From Mobula hypostoma (taxonomy: Eukaryota), in NCBI RefSeq assembly GCF_963921235.1, contig NC_086107.1, positions 115,880,001 through 115,944,000 of the forward strand: 64,000 bases of DNA, written 5' to 3'. The position numbers and the translations under genes were made by a program. Below, piece after piece: positions 48,801 through 59,789 of this stretch (position 1 is its first letter; each line of letters begins with the position of its first letter). The notes beneath the pieces are model-generated. The model made no database searches, had not been told where the DNA came from, and saw only the letters and a list, made by a program, of their open reading frames with translations.

Positions 48801-50750
48801 TCCCCTCTCCCTCCCCTCACCCACATCACCCTCCCCTCTCACTACCCCCTCACCCACATCACCTCCCCTCTCACTACCCCCTCACCCACATCACCTCCCC
48901 TCTCAGTACCCCTCACTCACATCACCCTCCCCTCTCACTACCCCATCACCCACATCACCGACCCTCTCCCTCCCCTCACCCACATCACCCTCCCCTCTCA
49001 CTACCCCCTCACCCACATCACCCTTCCCTCTCACTACCCCCTCACCCACATCACCCTCCCCTCTCACTGCCCCGTCACCCACATCACTACCCCCTCACCC
49101 ACGTCACCCTCCCCTCTCACTGCCCCCTCACCCACATCACCCTCCCCTCTCACTACCCCCTCACCCACATCACCCTCCCCTCTCACTACCCCCTCACCCA
49201 CATCACCCTCCCCTCTCACTGCCCCCTCACCCACGTCACCCTCCCCTCTCACTGCCCCCTCACCCACGTCACCCTCCCCTCTCACTACCCCCTCACCCAC
49301 ATCACCCTCCCCTCTCACTACCCCCTCACCCACGTCACCCTCCCCTCTCACTACCCACTCACCCACATCACCCTTCCCTCTCACTACCCCCTCACCCACA
49401 TCACCCTCCCCTCTCACTACCCCCTCACCCACATCATCCTCCCCTCTCACTACCCCCTCACCCACATCACCGACCCTCTCCCTACCCCTCACCCACGTCA
49501 CCCTCCCCCCTCACTGCCCCATCACCCACATCACCCTCCCCTCTCACCGACGTCACTGACCCACTCACTACCCCCTCACCCACATCACCCTCCCCTCTCA
49601 CTACCCCCTCACCCACATTACCGACCCTCTCACTACCCCCTCACCCACATCACCGACCCTTCACTACCCCCTCACCCACATCACCCTCCCCTCTCACTAC
49701 CCCCTCACCCACATCACCCTCCCCGTCACTACTCCCTCACCCACATCACCCTCCCCTCTCACTACCCCCTCACCCATGTCACCCTCCCCTCTCACTACCC
49801 CCTCACTCACATCACCCTCCCCTCTCACTACCCCCTCACCACCCCCTCACCCTCCCCTCTCACTACCCCCCCACCCACATCTCCGACCCTCACAACCCCC
49901 TCACCCACGTCACCCTCCCCTCTCACTACCCCCTCACCCACATCTCCGACCCTCACAACCCCCTCACCCTCCCCTCTCACAACCCCCTCACCCACATCAC
50001 CGACCCTCTCACTACTCCCTCACCCACATCACCCTCCCCTCTCACTACCCCCTCACCCACATCACCCTCCCCTCTGACTACCCCCTCACCCACATCACCC
50101 TCCCCTCTCACTACCCCCTCACCCACATCACCCTCCCCTCTGACTACCCCCTCACCCACATCACCCTCCCCTCTCACTACCCCCTCACCCACATCACCCT
50201 CCCCTCTCACTGCCCCTCACCCACATCACCCTCCCCTCTCCCTCCCCTCACCCACATCACCCTCCCCTCTCACTACCCCCTCACCCACATCACCTCCCCT
50301 CTCACTACCCCCTCACCCACATCACCTCCCCTCTCAGTACCCCTCACTCACATCACCCTCCCCTCTCACTACCCCATCACCCACATCACCGACCCTCTCC
50401 CTCCCCTCACTCACATCACCCTCCCCTCTCACTACCCCATCACCCACATCACCGACCCTCTCCCTCCCCTCACCCACATCACCTCCCCTCTCACTACCTC
50501 CTCACCCACGTCACCCTCCCCTCTCACTACCCCCTCACCCACATCACCCTCCCCTCTCACTACCCCTCACCCACATCACCGACCCTCTGACTACCCCCTC
50601 ACCCACGTCACCCTCCCCTTTCACTACCCCCTCACCCACATCACCGACCCTCTCACTACCCCCTCACTCACATCACTGACCCTCACAACCCCCTCACCCA
50701 CATCACCCTCCCCTCTCACTACTCCCTCACCCACATCACCGACCCTCTCA
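45891..50750. repeat. ~33-bp C-rich minisatellite (CACCCACATCACCCTCCCCTCTCACTACCCCCT) with a kb-scale internal duplication
   Basis: Directly visible; duplicated ORF starts at 48102 and 49776. Confidence 0.95.
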
Positions 50751-51044
50751 TCTTGTCCCACCAGTCCATTTCATCTTCTTACACCCACTGATGACCTCTC
50801 CTCCTCTCCCTCCGCTGCTCTCACCCTTTCATGCCCCGCATTTCTTCACTCTCTCCCGCTCCCGCAGATCTCAGCACGCCCACTCCCTCTGCACGCTCTC
50901 CTTCTTTGCCCCCCCTCAGAACTTGCAGCAGCACAGACCACATCAGACTCCTCACCCCACCTCCATCCTCCCTCCCTTTTCATCCACCTCACTCGATTGC
51001 CTGTCCCTCTGCACCCTGCCACCCCGTCCAGGCTGCGGTCTGAC

Positions 51045-51284
51045 CTTGCCCGCATTGTTCACCAGCCAGGGGAAGGAGCAAAGCCTGAACACCAGCAGAG
51101 CGCGTAGCAGCTCCCAGTTCGACTTGGCCCTGTAGGCCGCAGTGTCAAAATCCGGGGGTCCCTCTGCCCTCTGAGCAGACGCAGGGGCTGCAGTGCGCAG
51201 GGGAGGGTCTGCCTTCCTGCACAGGGTCCGCACAGTGGGGAATGGGAGCTGGTGACAGCCAGACCGAGCTGGGTTCACCAACAT
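51045..51284 (-). CDS. PRODH2: PRODH2 coding exon 1 (MLVNPARSGCHQLPFPTVRTLCRK...AAYRAKSNWELLRALLVFRLCSFPWLVNNAGK)
   Basis: K...EL.RALLV.RLC..P.LV motif and an N-terminus resembling a mitochondrial presequence; 240 nt; total CDS 1410 nt (469 aa). Acceptor-like CAG at 51301-51303 suggests an upstream UTR exon. Confidence 0.9.
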
Positions 51285-51369
51285 GATCACAACAGTACTC
51301 CTGAGGACAGGGGCCAGGTTAATCATTGTCCAACTCACACCGTGTCCGAGAGCAGGGGACAGGTCCCAA

Positions 51370-54300
51370 GTGAATCTCCCTCCACACCGTCCCATCACAC
51401 CCTCCAGGGGTCAGACACAGAGTGAATCTCCCTCCACACCGTCCCATCACACACTCCCGGGGTCAGACACAGAGTGAAATTCCCTCCACACCGTCCCATC
51501 ACACACTCCCGGGGTCAGACACAGAGTGAAACTCTCTCCACACCATCCCATCACACACTCCCGGGGTCAGACACAGAGTGAAGCTCCCTCCACACCGTCC
51601 CATCACACACTCCCGGGGTCAGACACAGAGTGAAGCTCCCTCCACACCGTCCCATCACACACTCCCGGGGTCAGACACAGAGTGAAGCTCCCTCCATACT
51701 GTCCCATCACACACTCCCGGGGTCAGACACAGAGTGAAGCTCCCTCCACACCGTCCCATCACACACTCCCAGGGTCAGACACAGAGTGAAGCTCCCTCCA
51801 CACCATCCCATCACACACTCCCGGGGTCAGACACAGGGTGAATCTCCCTCCACACCGTCCCATCACACACTCCCAGGGTCAGACACAGAGTGAATCTCCC
51901 TCCACACCGTCCCATCACACACTCCCAGGGTCAGACACAGAGTGAATCTCCCTCCACACTGTCCCATCACACACTCCCGGGGTCAGACACAGAGTGAATC
52001 TCCCTCCACACTGTCCCATCACACACTCCCGGGATCAGACACAGAGTGGAACTCCCTCCACACCGTCCCATCACACACTCCCGGGGTCAGACACAGAGTG
52101 AATCTCCCTCCACACCGTCCCATCACACACTCCCGGGGTCAGACACAGAGTGAATCTCCCTCCACACTGTCCCATCACACACTCCCGGGGTCAGACACAG
52201 AGTGAATCTCCCTCCACACTGTCCCATCACACACTCCCGGGGTCAGACACAGAGTGAATCTCCCTCCACACCGTCCCATCACACACTCCTTGGGTCAGAC
52301 ACAGAGTGAAATTCCCTCCACACCGTCCCATCACACACTCCCGGGGTCAGACACAGAGTGAAGCTCCCTCCACAGCGTCCCATCACATACTCCCGGGGTC
52401 AGACACAGAGTGAATCTCCCTCCACACAGTCCCATCACACACTCCCGTGGTCAGACACAGAGTGAATCTCCCTCCGCACCGTCCCATCACACACTCCCGG
52501 GGTCAGTCACAGAGTGAAACTCCCTCCACACCGTCCCATCACACACTCCCAGGGTCAGACACAGAGTGAAACTCCCTCCACACCGTCCCATCACACACTC
52601 CCGGGGTCAGACACAGAGTGAATCTCCCTCCACACCGTCCCATCACACACTCCCGGGGTCAGACAGAGTGAAGCTCCCTCCACACCGTCCCATCACACAC
52701 TCCCGGGGTCAGACACAGAGTGAAATTCCCTCCACACCGTCCCATCACACACTCCCGGGGTCAGACACAGAGTGAAGCTCCCTCCACACCGTCCCATCAC
52801 ACACTCCCGGGGTCAGACACAGAGTGAAGCTCCCTCCACACCGTCCCATCACACACTCCCGGGGTCAGACACAGAGTGAATCTCCCTCCACACCGTCCCA
52901 TCACACACTCCCGGGGTCAGACACAGAGTGAAGCTCCCTCCATACTGTCCCATCACACACTCCCGGGGTCAGACACAGAGTGAAGCTCCCTCCACACCGT
53001 CCCATCACACACTCCCAGGGTCAGACACAGAGTGAAGCTCCCTCCACACCATCCCATCACACACTCCCGGGGTCAGACACAGAGTGAAATTCCCTCCACA
53101 CCGTCCCATCACACACTCCCGGGGTCAGACACAGAGTGAAGCTCCCTCCACACCGTCCCATCACACACTCCCGGGGTCAGACACAGAGTGAAGCTCCCTC
53201 CACACCGTCCCATCACACACTCCCGGGGTCAGACACAGAGTGAATCTCCCTCCACACCGTCCCATCACACACTCCCGGGGTCAGACACAGAGTGAAGCTC
53301 CCTCCATACTGTCCCATCACACACTCCCGGGGTCAGACACAGAGTGAAGCTCCCTCCACACCGTCCCATCACACACTCCCAGGGTCAGACACAGAGTGAA
53401 GCTCCCTCCACACCATCCCATCACACACTCCCGGGGTCAGACACAGAGTGAATCTCCCTCCACACCGTCCCATCACACACTCCCAGGGTCAGACACAGAG
53501 TGAATCTCCCTCCACACCGTCCCATCACACACTCCCAGGGTCAGACACAGAGTGAATCTCCCTCCACACTGTCCCATCACACACTCCCGGGGTCAGACAC
53601 AGAGTGAATCTCCCTCCACACTGTCCCATCACACACTCCCGGGATCAGACACAGAGTGGAACTCCCTCCACACCGTCCCATCACACACTCCCGGGGTCAG
53701 ACACAGAGTGAATCTCCCTCCACACCGTCCCATCACACACTCCCGGGGTCAGACACAGAGTGAATCTCCCTCCACACTGTCCCATCACACACTCCCGGGG
53801 TCAGACACAGAGTGAATCTCCCTCCACACTGTCCCATCACACACTCCCGGGGTCAGACACAGAGTGAATCTCCCTCCACACCGTCCCATCACACACTCCT
53901 TGGGTCAGACACAGAGTGAAATTCCCTCCACACCGTCCCATCACACACTCCCGGGGTCAGACACAGAGTGAAACTCCCTCCACAGCGTCCCATCACATAC
54001 TCCCGGGGTCAGACACAGAGTGAATCTCCCTCCACACCGTCCCATCACACACTCCCGTGGTCAGACACAGAGTGAATCTCCCTCCGCACCGTCCCATCAC
54101 ACACTCCCGGGGTCAGTCACAGAGTGAAACTCCCTCCACACCGTCCCATCACACACTCCCAGGGTCAGACACAGAGTGAAACTCCCTCCACACCGTCCCA
54201 TCACACACTCCCGGGGTCAGACACAGAGTGAATCTCCCTCCACACCGTCCCATCACACACTCCCGGGGTCAGACACAGAGTGAAGCTCCCTCCACACCGT

Positions 54301-57300
54301 CCCATCACACACTCCCGGGGTCAGACACAGAGTGAAATTCCCTCCACACCGTCCCATCACACACTCCCGGGGTCAGACACAGAGTGAATCTCCCTCCACA
54401 CCGTCCCATCACACACTCCCGGGGTCAGACACAGAGTGAATCTCCCTCCACACCGTCCCATCACACACTCCCGGGGTCAGACACAGAGTGAAGCTCCCTC
54501 CACACCGTCCCATCACACACTCCCGGGGTCAGACACAGAGTGAAATTCCCTCCACACCGTCCCATCACACACTCCCGGGGTCAGACACAGAGTGAATCTC
54601 CCTCCACACCGTCCCATCACACACTCCCGGGGTCAGACACAGAGTGAATCTCCCTCCACACCGTCCCATCACACACTCCCGGGGTCAGACACAGAGTGAA
54701 TCTCCCTCCACACCGTCCCATCACACACTCCCGGGGTCAGACACAGAGTGAAGCTCCCTCCACACCGTCCCATCACACACTCCCGGGGTCAGACACAGAG
54801 TGAATCTCCCTCCACACCGTCCCATCACACACTCCCGGGGTCAGACACAGAGTGAAGCTCCCTCCATACTGTCCCATCACACACTCCCGGGGTCAGACAC
54901 AGAGTGAAGCTCCCTCCACACCGTCCCATCACACACTCCCAGGGTCAGACACAGAGTGAAGCTCCCTCCACACCATCCCATCACACACTCCCGGGGTCAG
55001 ACACAGAGTGAATCTCCCTCCACACCGTCCCATCACACACTCCCAGGGTCAGACACAGAGTGAATCTCCCTCCACACCGTCCCATCACACACTCCCAGGG
55101 TCAGACACAGAGTGAATCTCCCTCCACACTGTCCCATCACACACTCCCGGGGTCAGACACAGAGTGAATCTCCCTCCACACTGTCCCATCACACACTCCC
55201 GGGATCAGACACAGAGTGGAACTCCCTCCACACCGTCCCATCACACACTCCCGGGGTCAGACACAGAGTGAATCTCCCTCCACACCGTCCCATCACACAC
55301 TCCCGGGGTCAGACACAGAGTGAATCTCCCTCCACACTGTCCCATCACACACTCCCGGGGTCAGACACAGAGTGAATCTCCCTCCACACTGTCCCATCAC
55401 ACACTCCCGGGGTCAGACACAGAGTGAATCTCCCTCCACACCGTCCCATCACACACTCCTTGGGTCAGACACAGAGTGAAATTCCCTCCACACCGTCCCA
55501 TCACACACTCCCGGGGTCAGACACAGAGTGAAACTCCCTCCACAGCGTCCCATCACATACTCCCGGGGTCAGACACAGAGTGAATCTCCCTCCACACCGT
55601 CCCATCACACACTCCCGTGGTCAGACACAGAGTGAATCTCCCTCCGCACCGTCCCATCACACACTCCCGGGGTCAGTCACAGAGTGAAACTCCCTCCACA
55701 CCGTCCCATCACACACTCCCGGGGTCAGACACAGAGTGAATCTCCCTCCACACCGTCCCATCACACACTCCCGGGGTCAGACACAGAGTGAAGCTCCCTC
55801 CACACCGTCCCATCACACACTCCCGGGGTCAGACACAGAGTGAAATTCCCTCCACACCGTCCCATCACACACTCCCGGGGTCAGACACAGAGTGAATCTC
55901 CCTCCACACCGTCCCATCACACACTCCCGGGGTCAGACACAGAGTGAAGCTCCCTCCACACCGTCCCATCACACACTCCCGGGGTCAGACACAGAGTGAA
56001 TCTCCCTCCACACCGTCCCATCACACACTCCCGGGGTCAGACACAGAGTGAAGCTCCCTCCACACCGTCCCATCACACACTCCCGGGGTCAGACACAGAG
56101 TGAACTTCCCTCCACACCGTCCCATCACACACTCCCGGGGTCAGACACAGAGTGAATCTCCCTCCACACCGTCCCATCACACACTCCCGGGGTCAGACAC
56201 AGAGTGAATCTCCCTCCACACCGTCCCATCACACACTCCCGGGGTCAGACACAGAGTGAAGCTCCCTCCACACCGTCCCATCACACACTCCCGGGGTCAG
56301 ACACAGAGTGAATCTCCCTCCACACCGTCCCATCACACACTCCCGGGGTCAGACACAGAGTGAATCTCCCTCCACACCGTCCCATCACACACTCCCGGGG
56401 TCAGACACAGAGTGAATCTCCCTCCACACCGTCCCATCACACACTCCCGGGGTCAGACACAGAGTGAAGCTCCCTCCATACTGTCCCATCACACACTCCC
56501 GGGGTCAGACACAGAGTGAATCTCCCTCCACACCGTCCCATCACACACTCCCGGGGTCAGACACAGAGTGAATCTCCCTCCACACTGTCCCATCACACAC
56601 TCCCGGGGTCAGACACAGAGTGAATCTCCCTCCACACTGTCCCATCACACACTCCCGGGGTCAGACACAGAGTGAATCTCCCTCCACACCGTCCCATCAC
56701 ACACTCCTTGGGTCAGACACAGAGTGAAATTCCCTCCACACCGTCCCATCACACACTCCCGGGGTCAGACACAGAGTGAAACTCCCTCCACAGCGTCCCA
56801 TCACATACTCCCGGGGTCAGACACAGAGTGAATCTCCCTCCACACCGTCCCATCACACACTCCCGTGGTCAGACACAGAGTGAATCTCCCTCCGCACCGT
56901 CCCATCACACACTCCCGGGGTCAGTCACAGAGTGAAACTCCCTCCACACCGTCCCATCACACACTCCCAGGGTCAGACACAGAGTGCAACTCCCTCCACA
57001 CCGTCCCATCACACACTCCCGTTGTCAGGCACAGAGTGAATCTCCCTCAACGCCGTCCCATCACACACTCCCGTTGTCAGGCACAGAGTGAAGCTCCCTC
57101 CACACCGTCCCATCACACACTCCCGGGGTCAGACACAGAGTGAAATTCCCTCCACACCGTCCCATCACACACTCCCGGGGTCAGACACAGAGTGAATCTC
57201 CCTCCACACCGTCCCATCACACACTCCCGGGGTCAGACACAGAGTGAAGCTCCCTCCACACCGTCCCATCACACACTCCCGGGGTCAGACACAGAGTGAA

Positions 57301-57680
57301 TCTCCCTCCACACCGTCCCATCACACACTCCCGGGGTCAGACACAGAGTGAATCTCCCTCCACACCGTCCCATCACACACTCCCGGGGTCAGACACAGAG
57401 TGAAGCTCCCTCCACACCGTCCCATCACACACTCCCGGGGTCAGACACAGAGTGAATCTCCCTCCACACCGTCCCATCACACACTCCCGGGGTCAGACAC
57501 AGAGTGAAATTCCCTCCACACCGTCCCATCACATACTCCCGGGGTCAGACACAGAGTGAATCTCCCTCCACACCGTCCCATCACACACTCCCGGGGTCAG
57601 TCACAGAGTGAAACTCCCTCCACACCGTCCCATCACACACTCCCGGGGTCAGACACAGAGTGAATCTCCCTCCATACTGT
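51370..57680. repeat. 52-bp minisatellite array 4, ~120 units, with higher-order repeats
   Basis: Directly visible; identical variant blocks at 51942, 53552 and 55112. Confidence 0.97.
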
Positions 57681-58689
57681 CAGAGTGGGACATCCCACAT
57701 TAGTCCAGTCTCAGCAACAACACAGTACTGCTGCCCTTTGTGTCTGATGTACCCCAAGTTGACAATATCTTTGTGTTTCCCCTCTCAATTCCTCACTGTA
57801 CACACATACCCATGGCAATCACACTCAGTCTGTACCATCAGTGGCTCCGCTGATCCCAGCTTGTGTGTGTGTGTGTGTGTGAGAGATACTGGGGTTTGCG
57901 TGTTCTGCTGACCCAGAATGTCTCTCCCTTGTCCTCCCATCTCTGCCACATTCCAACATCGGGGGTCCATGAGTGAATGAGGCACCGAGTAACTCCTCCC
58001 CCCACCAAAATGTGGACGAGCAGCAGAATCCAGCGGCTGTGGGTATGTGGGGGGAGGGGAGGTCACTGCGGTCGGCTGGAGGCTCGGTGAACGTGAATGC
58101 ATCGACTGTGAAGGGAAGGTTCACACACCCCACCCCGTGACAGGAGCTGTGCTTTCGGGAAGCCCCTGTCAGGGGTTAGTTTTGGGACCCTGTTACAGGG
58201 GAGGCAGGGTAATTGGTAAATGCACTCCGGACACAGAGACACAAGTATTCCTGTCATCACGCTGAGTGTGTCTCTCTCAGTGTCTTCATCACGGGTCCTA
58301 AACCGGGCTGATGATCTCGGGTTGGCTTTCCTGCGATACACGGCAGAATATTCCATTTCTTCAGTAATGTGTAAATGTTGTTTGTATACTGTCTTTCAGG
58401 AAGATACTTCTGTTTGTATTGTAATATGGTTGTAACTACGTTACAATTCATGTGCCGTCTGAGGTTAACTTTGTGGATAATTAAAGATGGTACGCCCTCG
58501 TGCCGAATGAGAAACAGCTCTTGGCCCGTAGCAGGGTAGAGAGAGATCGGGGTGGCAATGAGTTCACACTGGACAGTACACGTACAGAACTATTGTTGTG
58601 CTTTCTGCTAGATACCATTTTGTAAATATTGGTACTTTTCTTTTCAGTATTTTTGCGTTAGATTTTTGATGCACCGCATCAACACCCTC

Positions 58690-59530
58690 ACTCAAAAGTG
58701 CTGGGCAGCTCCAGCCATTTCTCCTTTGGTCATACACCCTTGTTCTTCACCATCAATGATTTGGATGCTAATTCACAAGTTTGATCAGCAAGTTCACAGA
58801 TAACACAAAATAAGGAGGTGTGGTTTATAGTTATTGTAGGTTACTGGGGGGGGGTCTTGATCAGTTAGGGAAGTGGGCTGATTAGTGGCAAATGGATTTC
58901 AATGGTCATGCATTTTAGAAAATCAAATTCTGAATGGTGGGGCACTGGCCATTGCTGTAGAACAGAGGGGCCAGGGAGCACGCGTGAGTATTTCACTGAA
59001 AGTGGGGTCGCAGGTAGACAGAGTGGTGAAGGCAGCCTTTGGCACACTGGCCATTATCTGAATATGGGAGCTGGGATGTCGTGGTGCAGTTGTGGAAGAT
59101 GTTGGTGTACTGTGTACAGTTCTGGTTGCCCTGCTATGGGAGAGACAGGGTTAAACTGGAAAGACTGCAGACTAGACTGACGTGGATGTTATAGGGACAG
59201 GTTGGCCAGCCTGGGTCTTTATACCTTGGAAAGTCGGAGATCGATGAGCACTTAAAGTCCGGAGCAGCTTCAATAAGGTGTACGGTGTCAGTCTTTTCCC
59301 CGGGGTAGGGAGCAGAGGTTTCGGCTAAGAGGAGAGATTTAAAATGGACCCGAAGGCCAACCTTCTCACCTAGAGGGTGGGGAGTCCATGGAACGAGCTG
59401 CCAGAGGCAGGCACTGATACAACACAATCATTAGATAGCCACATGGAGGGGAGGTGGGGATGGGCCGAATGCAGGAAATTGTGCCCAGCTGGGAGGTTAG
59501 TAGCACCTGTTTGGGCCAGACAGCCTGCAT
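58690..59530 (+). mobile_element. Old degraded CR1 LINE
   Basis: Remnants of INDLD...SKF.D.TK.GGVV and CR1 3' sequence. Confidence 0.6.
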
Positions 59531-59593
59531 CCTTGCAAATCTACAACACAGAATGAGAGGCGGGCGGCAATGCTGACAACACATTAATTCTGC

Positions 59594-59599
59594 TTTATT
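59594..59599 (-). terminator. Polyadenylation signal AATAAA of the upstream (EIF3C-like) gene
   Basis: TTTATT on + 65 nt downstream of the TGA. Confidence 0.65.
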
Positions 59600-59663
59600 C
59601 TACGGATCACAGGCAGACACGCAATAGGTAACGGGGGGGGGTCTCCCTCTGTTCTCCCTCCAC

Positions 59664-59740
59664 TCAGTAGGCACCCTGGTTCTGCCGGAAGGCCCCTCGG
59701 CCCGCGTATGACTGCTTGCCCTGGTATCCAATCCGTTGGT
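59664..59740 (-). CDS. EIF3C: Terminal coding exon, probably eIF3 subunit C ((D)QRIGYQGKQSYAGRGAFRQNQGAY*)
   Basis: Branch point CTGAC, pyrimidine tract and CAG acceptor. The peptide resembles the vertebrate eIF3c C-terminus (DQK.GY...GY.RGGYR.Q..AY) as I recall it. AATAAA follows. Confidence 0.6.
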
Positions 59741-59789
59741 CTGTCGAGAGAGCGAGAGGGAGTAAAGAGAGTCAGAAAGGAAGGGAGGG

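Noticed and set aside
42868..51107. Long mucin/extensin-like (PSPT, HP-rich) and GW-rich ORFs
   Set aside because: Translations of C-rich minisatellites in PRODH2 intron 1; mixed unit lengths shift frames freely.
29305..51284. Assignment as PRODH (PRODH1)
   Set aside because: Ser in YKSVPYG, MQLKVTAL, T.LNPA and the ~470-aa length without the PRODH1 insert indicate PRODH2.
51370..57680. CRISPR-like array
   Set aside because: Head-to-tail repeats without unique spacers, eukaryotic context and no cas genes; the same applies to the 30-bp array.
57700..58500. Candidate non-coding first exon or promoter of PRODH2 (donor-like TGG|GTCAGC near 57912)
   Set aside because: The signals are too weak to call without transcript data.
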